Source: Entomortierella parvispora E1425 | Taxonomy: Eukaryota > Fungi > Mortierellomycota | Direction: 5' to 3' | NCBI GenBank assembly: GCA_020891255.1 | Contig: BQFW01000002.1 | Location: 3,782,001-3,846,000, forward strand | Length of the DNA: 64,000 nt | Part shown: positions 59,647 to 64,000 of the stretch, piece by piece | Layout of the letters: every line of letters begins with the position of its first letter | How positions within the stretch are numbered: the stretch's first letter is position 1 | Program-made: the position numbers and the translations under genes | Notes under the pieces: model-generated | What the model saw: only the letters and a program-made list of their open reading frames with translations | What the model was told of the DNA's origin: nothing | Databases searched by the model: none

Positions 59647-62600
59647 ATGGCCAGCAAGGAAGCGACCATCTACATTTTGGATGTCGGGGCCACCATGCGC
59701 ACCAAACGCGAGGGCCAAAATGTTTCGCGCCTAGAGGAAACAAAGGGCGTCCTGCTCAAGCTCCTTGCCAACAAAGTAAAAGCGATACCCTAGTCGTTGG
59801 AACATATTGCGAGTAGGACAAAGGTCAAACGACCCCTGGAAGCTGACTGGACCTGAATTCTTGTCTTGTTACGCGTTATAGGTGCATATGAACAGAAAAA
59901 CAGTCTACGTCTCTGTTGTCCTCGTCGGTTCTGATAGTACGATGTTGTTGTTTGGTTCTCTTTCCATACTTTCTTTTTTCATCCTCTGCCTCTTAATAAC
60001 CATGACTAACAATATCCTCTTTCTCCCTACTAGTTACAAAGAATCAGCTGGCCACCGTCGACGAGGATGGCAATGCCGATTACCAGAACGTGGATGTCTT
60101 GCAGGAACTTGGAGTGGCGACTCTGGAGTTAATGAAAGGTGTTCAGGACGACGTAAATGTCGGAGAAGCCATGGGCGACTGTAATATCTCGTTGTGCCTT
60201 TTTTTTCATGCAGCACTAGTTTGGCACCACGCCATATGCAATATGGATGGACCGAAAGCTAACTTCCTTTTTTTTTTTTTTTTTATTTGTTTATTTCTCA
60301 GGCCTGGATGGTCTTATTGTTTCACTGGACATGATGACAAAGTTCTGCAAAAAGCTGAAATATGAGAAGAAAATCTATATTCTCACGGACGCCTCCTCTC
60401 AGATCAATCAAGACGGCACCGACACGATTTTAGCCTCTGTCAGAGAGGATAATGTGGAGATTAATGTCATGTAAGAAAGTCGTGGGATCATGGAATGCGG
60501 CCAAGCGTTGTTCTCATTCGTGGTATAAACCCCTGAACTAACCTGTTGATTGTCATCTTGAACATAGTGGAACCGATTTCGACAGTGAGGATGGCGAACC
60601 CAAACCAAAGACTGAGACGCAAGCGGCCAATGAAGCATTTTACAAAGAGATGGCGCAAGGGGCTCGAGGAGACGTCTTTTCTTTGGACGAGGCTAAACAG
60701 TTGACTGAAGAATTTTACACGAAAAAGGTCAAGCCTACTGCAGTGTACCGAGGGACCCTGGACTTGGGCGACCCTGAAGATCATCCCGACGCATCTCTGT
60801 CCATCCCTGTTCATATGTACCCAAGTACAATGGTTGCCAAAATCCCCACCGCCAAGAAGTATTCTGTTCTCTCCGAGAATGCTGCAGTGGAGGATCTAGT
60901 AGGAGATGGACGTACAGGTATTGTCAATCTCTCGAGGACTTATAAGCTCAAGGTCACGGCCGACATGGCCAGCGGGGACTCCGAGGCGGAAGAAGTGACC
61001 GAGGTCCCTGAGGAAGCTCTCGAGAAAGCATACATGTACGGAAAGACCATCATCCCCATCCGTGCAGTGGATCTTGATGCTTTCAAGCTCAGAACAGCAA
61101 AGAGTATGACTATTCTAGGCTTTTTCTCGGCGTCAACTGTAAGTTAGTAGCAGAAGGAAGGTTGTGAAGATGGACCCTGGATAATCATAAGCCTCACCGC
61201 TAATCTCTCGATTTGTACTTGAAATTAGTTCCGCCGAGAGTGGCTTTTGTCCAACATTTACTCTGTGTTCCCAGCGCCGGGCGATGGCAGAGCAGAAGTG
61301 GATTTACTGGGATTTGTCTTTGCTCTCCATGAGAAAAACTCGTACGCGTTGGTTCGATATGTCCGAGCTGAAGACGCCGAGCCCAAACTCGGCATCTTGT
61401 GGCCAGAGATTACAGAGGAACACAAATGTTTCTATTTTGGCCAGGTACGTCTAATATTCGTGCTTCCGAGTGACGGATAGATTCATAACTGGTTATTGAC
61501 ACTGCCTTTCAATCCTACGCTGTCTTAGGTCGCATTCAGTGAGGATGTGAGGCGGTATCTTTTTGCATCTTTGACAGAAATCCACACTGCAAGCGGTAAA
61601 AAGCTCGAGAAACATCGTTTGCTAGCAACAGAGGAGAGCATTGCCGCATGCAAAGAGTTTATTGGATCCCTCGACCTCATGAAAGCTGACGATGGAGAGT
61701 AAGGACTAGGAAATCGACATTTTACAGCCCACTTTGTTCCAGGAACGCCTCCATCTCATCGAGATGTTCTAATGGTCTTCAATGCTCTGACTCAACAATT
61801 AGGGAGTACCTCAAGCCCAAAACAACCTTCAATCCTGCCACCCAGAGACAGAAGCAGGCGCTCGAATACCGTGCATTGAATCCCACAAAGGACCTTCCTC
61901 CTATCCCCGACTCTTTGATTGCACAGCTCATGCCTCGACAGGATCTCTTGGCAGAAACCCAACTCTATGCTGACAAGTTGATTCAGCTGTGGGATATCAA
62001 AAAGATTGATCAACCTCAAAAGAACAAAAGAGGCTACGGTGCGTCCCTGGGAGAGGATGGCGAAAAAGAAGGTGTGGCTCAAACCAGTAGTGGCGCTGAA
62101 GCCTCCACCACGGCCAGTCTCATCGATGGCCTCACTGGAAACCCTTCCAGCAAGCGGCACAAGTCTGAATCTGTCTTTGGCACTGCCAGCACAGCCTCTG
62201 TGGCAGGCGGAGTGGGAAGGGCCTCTGCTTTTGGAGGATCGGGTCAGACTGGCTTGGGCCGTGGCGATATGGCGGCCAGTGGTATGATCCAGTTTGAGAT
62301 GAATGCCGTTCGCGAGATCAGAACTTCGGATCCAGTCAAGGACTTTCAGGACATGGTGCGAATTGCCACCATTCAAAGTCAGCAAGGTGTCCGACCTGCT
62401 GGTGCCGGCTTTATTACAGTGTCGATGGCAGTGGAGCAGATGCAGGCCATGATTACCAAGCTGTTCTCGACTTCGTTTGGTGACCAGTTGTATGAGAAGG
62501 CGATCGAATGTCTAAAGAGCTTGCGACAGTTCCTGGCCGATGCTGATATGGCAGACATGGTCCATGGTGGAACTGGATTCGAGGGCAAGGGTAAAACCGC

Positions 62601-63029
62601 CACAAACATGCCAGAAAAGACGCGGGAAACAATCCAGAGCCGAGTTGAAACCTGGAATACGTTTATCAAGGAGGTCAAGGCTACGGCTCTGAACACTGCG
62701 ACTTCACCGCCACGAGCGGACTTTTGGGAGCTGATCAACAAGAGCAGGAAGGAGCTTGGTCTTTTGACCATCAAGGATGTCCCAGCTGGATGTGGTGGTG
62801 CTTCTGAAGACGAAGCTGAAAAGGTATATAGTGCTTACTTGCCTTTTTTTTTTTTTTTTTTTTTTTTGTTTGTTTCATTCTTGGCAGACATGTTCAGATC
62901 ACTTATTTCGTTTTGCTTGCACCTGATTCTTTATAGCTCTGGGCCGAAACTTCAGATACAGACATGCCTCTCCATGTGGAAGATGCCGAAGCACCCGAAG
63001 AGGACGATCTTCTTGCTCTCATGGATTAA
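59647..63029 (+). CDS. KU80: Ku80 DNA end-binding subunit, multi-exon
   Basis: MASKEATIYILDVGATM (vWA); LDGLIVSLDM..KKIYILTDA; YMYGKTIIP; YALVRYV..EPKLGILWP; FSEDVRRYLFASL; FNPATQRQKQ; DPVKDFQDM..SFGDQLYEKAIECL. Confidence 0.95.
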
Positions 63030-63394
63030 GGCAACTGATCAGCCACGATATCTCTTGCGTTTTTGGCATATCAAAGCATGAAAACAAATATTACCCCAAG
63101 AACCCACCAAGAATCGAACCATTTAGGAATAAAAAAAAGACGATGTTTTATAGTATTTGATGAGGGGAAAAGGTTGGAGGAGGGATATCTGTTGGATGGT
63201 TCCTGTCAAAACTCGTAATCATGTTGACGGCGAGAAATGGAGGGGTGGTACGGCGCCCATCGTCAATGCGAGAGAAGAAAGCTTTACGAGTGACGAGGTG
63301 ATATTATGGAGAGGAAAGTTGAGAGAGGTGTGGGCAAAAAGGTAGTTCTCGCAAGTCAAACCAAGGGTGTCGTTTGTCTCGACTAGAAAGACAT

Positions 63395-63932
63395 CTAGCA
63401 GCATCCTCCTGCAGACTGGGCAGGCAACTGCTGTCCAGATCCGACCTTGATGTTCTTGCTGGCGCCAGCGGGGTTTACGGTGGCGGCGCCCATGCGGTCC
63501 TTGATCTGCTTGGCCATGGTCATGAAAGCCTGCTCAACGTTGGTGGCGCTCTTGGCCGAAGTCTCCAAGAATGGGATCGTCAATTGATCAGCGAATTCCT
63601 ATAGCAAAAAAAAACGATGGACGATGATGATTTTAGCCATGGTTGCCCTGTTTTCGAGAGAAAGGTAACGAAAATCGCACCACTGTCCATTGAACTCGCT
63701 TTACCTTGGCGACAGTGTACTCGACAACCTTCTTGTTGGTCAAATCACTCTTGTTACCGACCAACAACTTGTTGACACCCTCCGAGGCATAGCGATCAAT
63801 CTCGGCAAGCCACTGCTTGACGTTCGAGAAGGTATCCTGGTCCGTGACATCGTAGACGACAATAATGCCGTGAGCACCACGGTAGTAGGACGAGGTGATG
63901 GTACGGAAACGCTCCTGTCCTGCAGTGTCCCA
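63395..63932 (-). CDS. YPT1: Rab1/Ypt1 GTPase (5'-partial, continues past the window end)
   Basis: [38 protein letters not shown]; [14 protein letters not shown]; C-terminal GGCC prenylation motif. Confidence 0.97.
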
Positions 63933-64000
63933 CTGTCATCAACATTAAAAAAAACAGGATCAGTCAAGATCCCTTGCATATCATTATACCCTCGATCGGA

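Overview
Eukaryotic, intron-rich fungal DNA. The gene content, GT-AG introns with CTRAC branch points, long A/T homopolymers and F-box/LRR expansion suggest an early-diverging fungus, probably Mortierellaceae (inference). About 22 genes are present. Housekeeping genes: F-box/WD40, SUI2, RPL14, a DDT/WHIM-PHD chromatin protein, PNS1, YPP1/TTC7, RRN6/TAF1C, KU80, YPT1. Metabolic genes: an MtnK/APH-like kinase, a bacterial-type Fe-S serine dehydratase with a probable mitochondrial presequence, an Mn-type CDF transporter and an ACC-synthase-like PLP enzyme. There is also a mucin-like membrane protein and a C2H2 transcription factor. The standout region is a tandem array of six intronless F-box/LRR genes at 30.9-43.6 kb. 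One copy is a chimera of its two neighbours and shares a >99% identical tract with one of them. Two copies carry lesions only in their N-terminal halves and keep intact, ATG-initiated, F-box-less C-terminal ORFs. Other leads are a candidate small secreted protein next to the array, a small protein with a hidden myristoylation-type second start, structured long introns, and ApT-rich 5' regions. No tRNA, rRNA, CRISPR array or recognisable transposon was found. Exon boundaries and counts were worked out by hand.
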